Notes: generated from the sequence alone by a model not told the origin. A stretch of DNA of 20,000 nucleotides from Blastocystis sp. subtype 4 (GCF_000743755.1 NW_014569525.1:50136-70135), one strand, 5' to 3'. Numbered from the stretch's first letter, positions 9,836 to 20,000 are shown. Numbers and translations: made by a program.

Positions 9836-11746
9836 TTAGGTCGAGTGTATTCGATTAAAAGCACGGGTTGCACAACCAAGCAAATCTACAAATCAATCGA
9901 ATGGCAATCATCAACATGTCTGAAGCTGAATTAGATCTGGAATGGAGAGGGAATGAAAAACACACTCAAGATCCTGCTTTCTTTGTTTGGATGCAGGAAG
10001 TGACAAGTAACTGACAATCGACTGAATAGCTGACTGTACACCAGACGAAAACTGACACTCACCCAAGGCATAATTCCGATCTCTACAGACCTGGGTAGGA
10101 AATCGATGTTGCTTCTGCAAACAATCTGGACAGAACCAATTGCCTTCGGGAATGGTCTTCAATGGTGGAGAAAGGCAGAAAGTGTGATGTTCTCTGTTAC
10201 AACCATCACAAATAAGCAATTGGGAGGCAAGATGTTTGTAGTGACATGTAATACATCCACAGAAAGGGCAATAGTCGTTCTCGTCGTTACAATGGGTACA
10301 ATAAACTAGAGCTCAGAATCCATCTCATTGTTTACTCTCTTCATACGGAATGGGGTTCATTGTTCCCAGGAGTTGCGAACCATCCTTCCCCTGAAGAGAG
10401 CGATTCTCATACTTTAGAGACGACTTCTTAAATCCATCAGAATTTGCTTTCGCTTGGAGATAAGCAATAACTTGATTGTTAAACTCCTTCTGGCCTTCAG
10501 GGTTGGTTCGGTTCAGTTCCTCGTATTTCTGGATGTTGTGTTTGATGCATTTCTATATAACAACTGACAGACATATTTACAATGAACTTTTCTCGCCAAA
10601 TGGACTTGTCGATAGCAGGACAATAATTGCGAATGTGGGTACGAATCCCCGATAACCCACAATAGCCCGACTTCTCACAAAAGGGACAGTCCATAATGGC
10701 ATTCTGCGGATTGTTCTTGTCCAACGATGAGAGTAGGGGGACCGGTGACACCGAACCTGACGAGAACGGAGCAGGAGAGATTGTAGCGACAGGAGGAGAC
10801 GGAGCAGGCGTAGGTGAGGATCCCGCAGGAGTTAGTGGTGCAGTCACTGTACCGCTTGAATATACTGCAGACTGTGAGCTACTCTTATGTCGCAGATTAT
10901 AGCAGCTTGTATTCTCTTCGGAGTTGTCGAAGGTACGAGTGGTTACAGAAGAAGTTGAGTTCGCATGAATCACTGTAGGTTTTTCTTCTGTTCGTGTGCG
11001 GTGTGATTTGTTTGGTTCAATTCCTTTCAACTGACCGATCTACATCACGACAATATGACTGTTCTTACAAAGTCCTTTAATGATCGATCTGGAGGGTGAT
11101 AGTCATCTGGAACCACTGAATAGCTGACTTCCGTATTCTCTTCGCTTCCATACTACAGATGATTAAGAAAGAAATAGTCGACAGTCGAAGAAACAGCATT
11201 TGCGATCCTAAAGTGATTAATAATGATGGAATAGGCTGTGATCTCCTTGTTGGAAATCGATGCCAATCGTTTCTCTAGTTGCACAAAAAACTCTTTGAAA
11301 TGTTGTCTCCAGTCTTTGCTATGACGTTTTTGACAATAGCCACCAATATGAGTTCGAAGACCATGAATGCCTTTGAAACCCCGTTGATGACAACAAGGAC
11401 ACTCTAAAATGATCTGATATTTAAATATTGAGAAAGGAATACTGTTGTAAGACATGCGCAACATATACCAGTACTATCTTGATCAATCCGAAACGAATCA
11501 CAGTTTTCATGAAAGAGTCGACGGCATTTAAGGCAAGTGAATAATGGGGGGGTATCGAGACCACAGGCAGAACATTTACCCACATGTATGCTCGGTTCAT
11601 CTCCTGTCTTTACATGTCCTGAGTAAACAGTCTGTCGCGAACGCTTAGCAGTACCTGTGGAAAGATCTCCTTCCTCGTTGCTGTCATCGTCTAGGCGTGA
11701 GGTAAATGGAATAATGGAAACCAAAGGACAAATGACGCTTCGTCAT
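9836..11746 (-). CDS. PHD-finger / zinc-finger chromatin protein
   Basis: ATG at 11746. It has an N-terminal PHD-like finger (CSAC..CLKCRRLFHENC..CCAC), two related C2HC-type fingers and a Ser/Pro-rich linker. The C-terminal pre-PHD+PHD reads CTHC..CPFCGCITC..LICDGCNREHHTFCLSPPLKTIPEGNWFCPDC. The last 30-nt intron leads to TAA at 9838-9836. Confidence 0.8.
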
Positions 11747-12164
11747 CGGAATTGTGATGGATCGATAGTTCTGAAAAGTGTTAATTTTAGCATGAAATAG
11801 TGTCGTGGAGAGCAAAAGAGAGAGTATTTGATGTGGAATCACATGAGTAGTGATGAGAACGAAAGAGTCAAATTTGGAGTTAACAGGATCGTAGAATGGG
11901 TTTTAGTGGATACAAAGTACAATAGTCAGTTTTCAAAAGGTTCGATATATAGGATGCTGAGGCACATATAAAGTACCTGACAAATAGGATTCTTGAAAGG
12001 AAGAGACTGTCAGTGAAATCAAAGGTATTATTGTTCATGCAAGTCTTTATGAATCATGGTTCCTCATCACTGTACAATTAGTCTTCACTCATTTGTTTAC
12101 CGTTCTATCTATTAGAAGAGTCTTATTTTGCCCTGTTTGCATCCTGTGGTCCTTTAGTTTTTTC

Positions 12165-12546
12165 ATGCGATTAACGGGTTGGGATTTGAATCACTCAGTC
12201 TGAGTTGTAGGATTGCTATTTATATGTGTCTTTCTTTTTGTCAATATGTGTCAGGGACGCATAGCGGTAGCAGCAGCAGTTTCTTTTTCTGTAGAGACGT
12301 TCGTATCTGTTAATTGCTTAGGAGATGGATTTTGGGGAAGGTGAGAACCCTAACGAATGGTCTCAATTTGAAAGTGATATCCCTGTAATATCTCAACGGT
12401 ACAAACGGAAGATGAAACCAATCAATGAGAAACGATTCTACTGCGGAATCAATATTGATTGCTCGTCACAAGTACCTAATACCAAAAAGCATAGCAAAGA
12501 TTTCAGGATACGAAGGCTTTAGATGGAGATTATAGGGATCTCTTAG
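12165..12546 (+). CDS. Small hypothetical protein with signal peptide (3' structure uncertain)
   Basis: ATG at 12165 and introns 12178-12210 and 12291-12321 give MRLTGLLFICVFLFVNMCQGRIAVAAAVSFSEMDFGEGENPNEW... A TGTTTGTT at 12578-12585 suggests the transcript ends nearby. Confidence 0.45.
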
Positions 12547-12723
12547 CCTGTTTTTCTTTTTGTGTAATCTTCAAAGTTGTTTGTTATTTGACATAAGAAA
12601 CCGTATCCAAACCGACTTCATTGTTTCTTTATGTAGGTTGATTGATTGCTTGTTTTGAATGGGACTTGATGCTCTTTTTGTTTTCAACAGAAATTGCTCT
12701 AACCAAGTATAGATACTAGAGAA

Positions 12724-13916
12724 ATGAATGACAATCTCCTTATGTGCAAATCTGCAACTGATTTGGTCTGTAAACTGAAATCATATTATCAGAATGTTAA
12801 ACAGAATCCATCAGTACGTGATGGAGGATAAGATATGAAAATTAGATGGATGATTGTACAATTAATGAGGCAGTAGCACTGATGATCGAGTTGTATGGAA
12901 GGTCCGATTATGAGGATTGTCAAGGATATTCTTACTTGAACGCCATTCTTTTCCTTTTAATTCGCCAGAATGTGACTGCGTGTGTTAGTTTCGAACGTGA
13001 TGCAATTCATCAACTTCAAGACTACTTGTTTGTGATTGTGAATCAATCTGTTTGTCCATCTGTATGATAGATTTGTGTTCTTACCTTCTAGTTGCTGGAT
13101 TCGAGTTTGCGATTGTTAGCCATCTTGTATCTGGAAAATACATTGAATTCTGAAGAAAAGAAGAGTGTTGAGAAGATCATCGAGGTACAAAAACATACTG
13201 AGCTCCTTTCTGTTCTTCGGAAAGTTCATTCTCAACAGACAATCCTTCTTTGGATGACTTTCGCAGGTATCCTTCTAGCTATATTGTTTGCTCCCATTCT
13301 TATCGTCTACCGCATCCTCTTGATTTTGGGTATTATTCCTTGTTTGGCAGTATCCTACTATCTATATTCACGCTCATTAATCCGTCAGTTGCAACGTTCG
13401 ATATCCGAAGGAACGATAGATACATGTCCTGGGAACCACACAAAGTTGCCTGCTCTTCTTGCAGAGACAACAACCAAGTATCAGCAATTCCTTATCACTA
13501 AGGATGTTCCTGCAAAGGTTCAAGTGGGAGAGGTCATTATGAATGAGGGTTGTGATGCTTAGAGAATTTTCAACAGTGGTACAGAAGCAATCCAGACCCT
13601 AACGAGTGAGATTGAAGCACGGATAAAGGGTGAGGTCACTAAAACAACGAATCCGATACAACCTCAACAAGAAGAGATTCCCATCGATTCGCTTTTGACT
13701 CCGATGGAGATGGAAATGAAACAACGAATTAAGGATATCCAAAACCAGCCATTCCCGGTTTCTGCATCCCTTCGTAATGATTTGGTCGAGTTGATTCAGA
13801 TTCTGGAGAAGAATGGTAAGAACCCAGAATTGCTGAAGAAGACTAAAGAGGACCTGGCTTTCTTTGATACAGTTGTAGTCAAACGTGCAGTTGAGTTGAG
13901 TGTTTATTTAAAGTAA
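12724..13916 (+). CDS. Hypothetical membrane protein (two adjacent hydrophobic helices)
   Basis: ATG at 12724, with introns 12814-12845, 13062-13091 and one near 13530-13562. Hydrophobic stretch ILLWMTFAGILLAILFAPILIVYRILLILGIIPCLAVSYYLY. It ends at TAA 13916, or at T13896+poly(A). Confidence 0.6.
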
Positions 13917-14248
13917 CTTTATATCACAAGGTGTCACCACCTTCTCTTCATTACAAAGACTACATAAAATGACTGTTATATGATTACACTTGATTGGAAA
14001 GAGTGATAAGAGTATTAGAAGAAATCAGTTCATTGAAATGATTGATTTCTGGATAGAATAGACGAATCTGATAAGAAAGGAAGTCTTCATTGATACCCAG
14101 TTAAGAAGGATGGTTTTTCGTTTAACAATATTCATCAATTCACTGGATATAGTTTACTGATAATAGAATGACTGAAGTTCAAAAGTACACTGAAAGAGTT
14201 ATGAGTCAAAGAGACTTTGATATGAATTCAAAAGAAACAAGGATCATA

Positions 14249-15815
14249 TTACAAAGGATTAACGGAATTTGAAGGAGGATGTGTTGAGTCAGTTGAGTGT
14301 TTCAAGTCAGTTTCTGTTGGAGTATCAGTTTCATAGAGATCAGAATTATTAGTATTTGTTTCGATTGAATGAGGGATTGAATTGACAACAGTTGACTGAA
14401 GAGTTTGAGAAGAAGGATTGAATATTGAAACAGGATAGAATGGATGAATAGAAGAAGAGGGTTGAATGGGTCTAATGATGATGAAAGAGAATGATTTCAA
14501 CGTTTCTTTGTTGATAACTGATTGCCAAGTGATAGGAGTAATAGAAGCATATCCATTTATGTTCTCTGAATTCATATTAAGATTCAGATTGAATCCATTA
14601 TCACTGAATAACATATCTCCATCCTGACTTGCAGTACGTCGTCGTTTTGATATGTCGAATGCAGGAACTTCATTCAATTCATCCAAACCAATAGGTTGAA
14701 TGGGATTGGTATTAGTGTTAGTCTTTGTTTCATTTCGGATTTCTTGAAGAGCGACATCGATTCGTGGAAGAGCACGAGCAGCAACTTCAGCAGGATGAGT
14801 TAGATGTTCACGGAAATAGTTGAAGAACTGAATGAGAGTCCAAGAAAATGAGTACCTGCATTACAAAACAGAAGTTTTCATCTCCCAGCTTTTGCATGAT
14901 ATCATGAAAATCGTCTTGAGGAGTGATTCCAACGAAAGGATCTTGTTGAAGAAGTGAATAGAGGTCTGTTGTTGATAGTATGTGATCAGGATCAGATGTG
15001 GTTGTAGTTCTTGATTCGTTAGATTGAATAGGATTTGTTGATAGAGACATTGAACGAGAAGCAAGATCTTGTTGTCGTCGAACCTCAAGTAAAGTTCGTT
15101 CTAAACATAGTTGCATCTGTTCTGGACTAACAGATGATTCTTCAGGTCTCGTCATACCTAAGCTCTTAGATAAGACTCATTTCAGTACGAAGAGGTTTAC
15201 GACGCTTTCGTTTACGACGCTTCTCACGTCTCAAGAAACGTTCATAGATTGCTTCTTCTTCTTCAAGAGCAGTTTCCAGATTCAAAGTCCACATACCATG
15301 TCCCGTCGATACGAAAGCACTAGAAGCATTTCTATATCAAATTCAATAATCAAATATACAAAGCACCTCCAACAATCCGTTCAAGTGAACCTTTGTAATG
15401 TTTCCCTTTGATCTTTATAATCTCGTCCATTCGTCGACCCACATACTCACTAGAAGTATCAAACTGTTTCATCTACAACAAACCTCAACTCACGTAATGA
15501 TAGAGTCGAATGTTTCTTTAACAGACTTATTAGCATTCCTACTAATGAATGTGAAGTGTTGTATTGAGCAATTGCTTCATTGCTAAGACTCAAAGAACGA
15601 AATCATTCAAACCTCAATGCATCCGTATTTGTTACTTTCGATTCTCTAGCTTTGGAACCCATCTCCTGAAGTGTAGTTGAAGAAGAAACGGGTTCCGAAG
15701 TAGAATTGTTCATATTCGTTCTCAACGACACTCCTTCAACCGATTTATCATGATCTGTATGTCCAGAATAAGGAAGTGCAACATCAGGAACAATTGAGAT
15801 ATCTTGATATTGCAT
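14249..15815 (-). CDS. Hypothetical nuclear protein with winged-helix (HARE-HTH-like) segment and basic NLS
   Basis: Five ~30-nt introns give SLVGMLISLLKKHSTLSLRELSEYVGRRMDEIIKIKGKHYKGSLERIVGGALNASSAFVSTGHGMWTLN, then RREKRRKRKRRKP and a low-complexity tail. The fold is inferred from the pattern only. Confidence 0.55.
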
Positions 15816-16121
15816 TGAATTTCAAATAGTATGATGAGACGAATATGAATAGAATTGAAGAGACTTACTTGTTTCGAGTTGAGTTGTTGTTATGAAACGA
15901 TTCCGAAGTAAGTAATAGAGAATAGTAAAATAGAATGAAATGAGATTGAAATTGATATGATCGAGTGGGTAGTATGGCGTAAGGAGTATAATCAAATTGT
16001 GAAGAATTTGTGTCAAGAATGGAAAGTGATAATAGATAATTGAATGAAATAGAAATGTAAAGATAGTAATTGTATTAGATGAAGAATAGAGATGATTTGA
16101 CAATATGATGATAAATAGAGA

Positions 16122-16239
16122 AAAGAACAGCATTGAGACTTCTCAGCGGGTCCCCCACACTGGTACTAACTCAACTCGTGATGACTTAGCTTCCTAGATC
16201 AGACGGGTTAGGGTGCTTTCCACCAGATATGACCGTTCT
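16122..16239 (-). rRNA. 5S rRNA: 5S ribosomal RNA gene
   Basis: The minus strand reads AGAACGGTCATATCTGGTGGAAAGCACCCTAACCCGTCTGATCTAGGAAGCTAAGTC...GTTAGTACCAGTGTGGGGGACCCGCTGAGAAGTCTCAATGCTGTTCT. The ends form helix I (AGAACGGU/GCUGUUCU). Box A/IE/box C-like elements are present, with a TTTT Pol III terminator at 16124-16121 and a length of ~118 nt. Confidence 0.92.
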
Positions 16240-16292
16240 TATTTTATTTCTATTATCATTTCTTTTAAATGACATATTCTTACCCTCACATT

Positions 16293-16391
16293 CCCATTAT
16301 GATGAAATTCAAAGTGAATAGCTTTTATTCATATCCTATTTATGAAGAGGATTTCGATTTTATATTCATTTATCTCAACAAGAAGGGGAGT
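16293..16391. repeat. Left arm of perfect inverted repeat (5S upstream flank)
   Basis: 99/99 nt identical to the reverse complement of 19902-20000. Confidence 0.97.
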
Positions 16392-16393
16392 CA

Positions 16394-18143
16394 TCAATAG
16401 ACTGTACAAGTATTCTCGCGACTTTGGCGAACGAACTTTCGAAGAGAAGATGCATCTCATTTATTAGTTATCCATCAATCTTACTCCAAGTATGTAAGGC
16501 TTTTACTCGACGGAATGCATAGTTACCCATCTGAATAGTATCTGAGGTCAGAGATGGAATGTCTAATTCATATGTATCATCAATTACTACTCTTCAATAT
16601 CACTTTGCCTAAGCAACTGAAATTATTATCATCTCCTTTGAACCTAGATAGAGAAGGAAGATCTGGTAATGAATATCATATTATTCATACTCTTCATTGT
16701 CAACATATTCGGTTCAGTCGTATTGTCAGTACCAGCAAGCGCCCATGATCGAAGAGTGATGGATTGAAGTTGATTCAGATCTCGTTCATCATACATTCAA
16801 TTATTCTTACTTTCAAATACAATGGAATGGCACTTACGGAATACTCTATAGCCTAGTCGAATGGATATGAGACAAGCAAGATTCTTCAATTCAAATGATT
16901 CATAATACAAGAATGATTGATCTCCAATATTGATTTCACTCAACTGATCACAATTCATTATTACACATTTGCTTCCTTTTCCAATACTCTCATCAAGTTC
17001 GAAACTCTTCCATCCAATACTTATACTCTTCAATTCATTCAATCCATCAATTACAAATTGAGTCACTTTCACAAAACAGTCATTTCCAATCTCAAGTCTT
17101 GTAATTCCATTCAGACAATCAATATCAAATACACTCGAATCATCTGTATATCCATCTTCAAATCGTTTGATATTTCCATCAAATTTACCTCCAATCCATT
17201 TTCCACTTCTCACCACTTCTTCATTCTCATTCAATTCCTTTCCTGTTCCATCTCTCCTTCCATTCTTCCATTCTCCAATATATATAGGATTCGATCCATT
17301 GTATTCACTTCCTTTTCCATGTCTCAATCCATTCTTCCATCCTCCAATATATACAGGATTTGATTCGTTGTATTCACTTCCATATCCTTCTCTCTTCCCA
17401 TTCTTCCATTCACCTGCATACAGTACACTCTTTCCATCATCTCCATACTGGGTTCCTTCTCCATTTCGAACAAATCCTCTCTTAATATTTCCTTCATATC
17501 TTCCTTCATAGACTTTCAATCCATTCTTGCCATATTCAGTCATTACTCCTTTATTCCATTCTCTCAATACTTCAACTACTCTCCCACTCTTGTATTCACA
17601 TTCTCTCACTACATGCCCTTCTGCACACTCAAAACACTTTCCTTCTTTCAATAGTCTATCTTTATCATATTCACTTACACTCACCAATTCTCCATTCAGA
17701 CTCACTTCTGCAAAGAATCCTTTCATTCCTTTTTGTTTCTTCACAGTTATATATCGCTTTCCATTTCGATACAATCCTCTCCATATCTCCTGTCCTGAAT
17801 TATCATATTCTATCCATATTCCCACTTCTACTCCTCCTTCCACTCTCCCTCTCAGCACAGTGTTGCCATATTCATTCTTTTTAGTCACCTCTCCTTCACA
17901 GACATCGTTTACAAACATCAATCTCATATACAAAGTTCCATCCTCTCTCACTAACAAGCCAACTCCTTCTTTCTTTCCTTTTTTAATTGATACTCTTATC
18001 TCATATTGCTCATTCTCTATCAATAGTCTAATGACAGCATCTCCATTCAATTCACTCCCATTCTTCATTTCAACACTCTCAATAACATAGCCACCAAGGA
18101 ATTGAAGGGAGGATGAAGTATTGGTAATTGTGATGTTACTCAT
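16394..18143 (-). CDS. MORN-repeat plus leucine-rich (BspA-like) repeat protein, lineage-expanded family
   Basis: A long first exon has MORN units (YxGxWKNGxRxGxG) followed by LEIGNDCF/LKSISIG..SF repeats. Four phase-1 introns (16781-16810, 16663-16690, 16563-16590, 16456-16484) extend the frame to TGA at 16396-16394. Confidence 0.8.
17260..17412 (-). repeat. 69-nt tandem duplication encoding MORN repeats
   Basis: CCATTCTTCCA recurs at 17260, 17329 and 17398. The first two units are highly similar at DNA level (GSEYNESNPVYIGGWKNG / GSEYNGSNPIYIGEWKNG). Confidence 0.85.
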
Positions 18144-18705
18144 AATCTAATAGTGAAGAACGAATCTTTTTCCATAATAACAATCTTATTGGGTTTTCTT
18201 ACTTATGGATTTCTGCCATCCTTCTATTCTACAATTGGGTCAATTGATACCTGTCCATTCAAGATATCAACAGAGCAATCCGATATGCATTTGGGCACAC
18301 TCAGTTCTGTTTTGCTTTATAACAATTAGTCATATTCTTCTTTTCTATTAATGAGAATGATATGATTTAGCCATTTTTCTTCTTCATATCATCGTTTACT
18401 CCATTTCACTTTATTCACATCTCTATTTATTCAATGATACTCTTTCTGTCATATCAAAGGATTCATTCTATTGAATGATGATTAGGGATATCCATAGTAG
18501 CAAACAGCATTATCCGTTGTACTCGCAAAGAATTTGTTTGATTACATCACTACATCAGATATAACGTCCAATTTGATAAGAGATAGAATAACTAAGAATT
18601 CCCGTGATACTTAGAATCATGTTTTGTATCATAAAGGGGTATGAGCTGAATGCATTAAATTACTGGTAGTTTGTAGAAAGCGATTTTCAACTCCTTTTTG
18701 GAGAA

Positions 18706-19756
18706 ATGGAAGAAAACAGTGCATACTTTGTAGCATCCAGATACGTAGATACTAACACATAGAATGCTTGGGAACCTTGTAAGAAGGTTGCTGAAAAGTG
18801 CAAGAAGCTTGTTGACAGAATGCCGTTAGTTGGCGTTGTCTGTGGATCTGGCCTTGGAACGCTTGCAGATGCTCTTGAGAATCGAGTGGATCTAACGTAG
18901 ATGTGTTTGAGGTTTGTAAATCTAGTGAACAGTGTCATGAAGTGTTATTTGATGATCGTTCTAATCGTTTGGAATTAGTTGATTTGTTTATGTACAGTTG
19001 GTGATGGTGATGATTCATTCCCTGTGTATTACGGAACTATTCGAGATGTACCTTGTATCATTCTAGGAAAGAGATATCATTTCTACCAAGGATATACCCC
19101 TCAGCAAACTGCTCTTCCTATTGTTCTTATGAAGGCTTTAGGTGTGGAGTTGGTTATCTTGTCGAACGCTGCGGGAGGTTTGAATAACAATTACCATGTT
19201 GGAGATTTAATGATAATCAAGGACCACATCAGTCTTCTTGGCATGTCGGGCAATAACCCCTTAATTGGACGTAATAATGAGGACATGGGAACTCGCTTCC
19301 CTTCTCTCTGCAATGCATATGACATTGACCTACGAGAACTCTTCTGTCAAGTGGCAACTGATATGAAGAAGAGTGAATTGATTCAACAGGGTGTGTATGT
19401 TTGTCAGTCTGGACCTTGCTATGAGACCCCTGCAGAATGCAATTTCCTTCGTTTGATTGGAGGTGATGCAGCAGGTATGAGTACGGTGAATGAAGTTGTG
19501 GCTTGTCGCCATCTAGGTATGCGAGTATTTGCTGTATCCCTTATTACAAATATTGTAGTTGTGGATACGTTATATAATCAATAGAGTGTTATGCCTGGAG
19601 TCACCGATTATATACCTCCATCGCATCAGGAAGTTAATATCCTTTTATATATTCTATAAAGAATCTCTTAACTATTCAGTTGCTGCAGCAGCTGCAAGTA
19701 CAGCATCACTGCGTGCCCTAATGGAGGAGTTCATTGGACGAGTATATGCAAAGTAG
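18706..19756 (+). CDS. PNP: Purine nucleoside phosphorylase (trimeric PNP-I family)
   Basis: Motifs VGVVCGSGLG, SNAAGGLN, IKDHI, GTRFP, GPCYETPAE, GMSTVNE, SLITN and HQEV. Introns at 18730-18762, 18897-18925, 18942-18978, 19555-19584 and 19637-19679. TAG at 19754-19756. Confidence 0.92.
19637..19679 (+). other. U12-type (minor spliceosome) AT-AG intron, 43 nt
   Basis: 5' site ATATCCTTT, branch-like TCTCTTAAC (19664-19672) and 3' CAG. Removal gives HQEVIAAAAST in frame with the terminal exon. Confidence 0.85.
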
Positions 19757-19901
19757 TATTCTATTGCTTACCTTGTTTCCAATAATTATTATCCATTGTG
19801 GATCTAGATTCCTCCAATTTAAACATCTCTTTCATGTCCTCAAATACTATTCACATCAATCTCAGTATAATTCCATTCTAGAATCAATTCTATCTTGATG
19901 A

Positions 19902-20000
19902 ACTCCCCTTCTTGTTGAGATAAATGAATATAAAATCGAAATCCTCTTCATAAATAGGATATGAATAAAAGCTATTCACTTTGAATTTCATCATAATGGG
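19902..20000. repeat. Right arm of perfect inverted repeat (runs off the window end)
   Basis: Reverse complement of 16293-16391 with no mismatch. Confidence 0.97.

Noticed and set aside
11090..11236. Alternative PHD-gene model using a GC-AG intron plus an extra 28-nt intron
   Set aside because: A model with only GT-AG introns already keeps the frame. The two cannot be distinguished without transcripts.
13267..13274. GTATCCTT resembling a U12 donor
   Set aside because: It lies within a continuous hydrophobic coding stretch with no convincing CCTTAAC branch site and no frame problem to fix.
15822..16133. 103-aa hydrophobic minus-strand ORF
   Set aside because: It starts inside the 5S 3' end and runs through AT-rich low-complexity spacer, with no coding evidence.
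16917..18090. Plus-strand Ser/Pro/Phe-rich ORFs
   Set aside because: They are antisense to the purine-rich MORN-LRR coding strand and are compositional artefacts.
16293..20000. Autonomous DNA transposon or CRISPR array
   Set aside because: No transposase, integrase or reverse transcriptase motifs lie between the arms, and no regularly spaced repeat-spacer array was seen in the window.

Overview
Gene-dense eukaryotic DNA, almost certainly from the gut stramenopile Blastocystis. This is inferred from dozens of 28-34 nt GT-AG introns, tiny intergenic spacers, and a TGTTTGTT motif 5 nt downstream of 3' ends, where polyadenylation would complete TAA stop codons. After manual splicing the window contains, in order: an importin-beta-family 3' end, a 57-aa membrane microprotein, a ribosomal-L1-domain protein (RSL1D1-like), a bacterial-type AmmeMemoRadiSam radical SAM enzyme (likely lateral transfer), SUA5, CWC22, organellar LeuRS, a PHD/zinc-finger protein, two hypothetical genes, a winged-helix-like protein, a solitary 5S rRNA gene, a MORN+LRR repeat protein and a purine nucleoside phosphorylase (PNP). 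The most notable signals are: (1) a perfect inverted repeat of at least 99 nt (16293-16391 / 19902-20000), made of 5S upstream flank, that brackets the MORN-LRR and PNP genes and predicts a second, outward-facing 5S gene just past the window; (2) a 43-nt U12-type AT-AG intron in PNP; (3) an obligatory GA-AG intron in the SUA5 catalytic motif; (4) three consecutive genes whose stop codons are probably made by polyadenylation; (5) the prokaryotic radical SAM gene with one acquired intron, tail-to-tail with SUA5. All gene models are hand-derived and unverified by transcripts.
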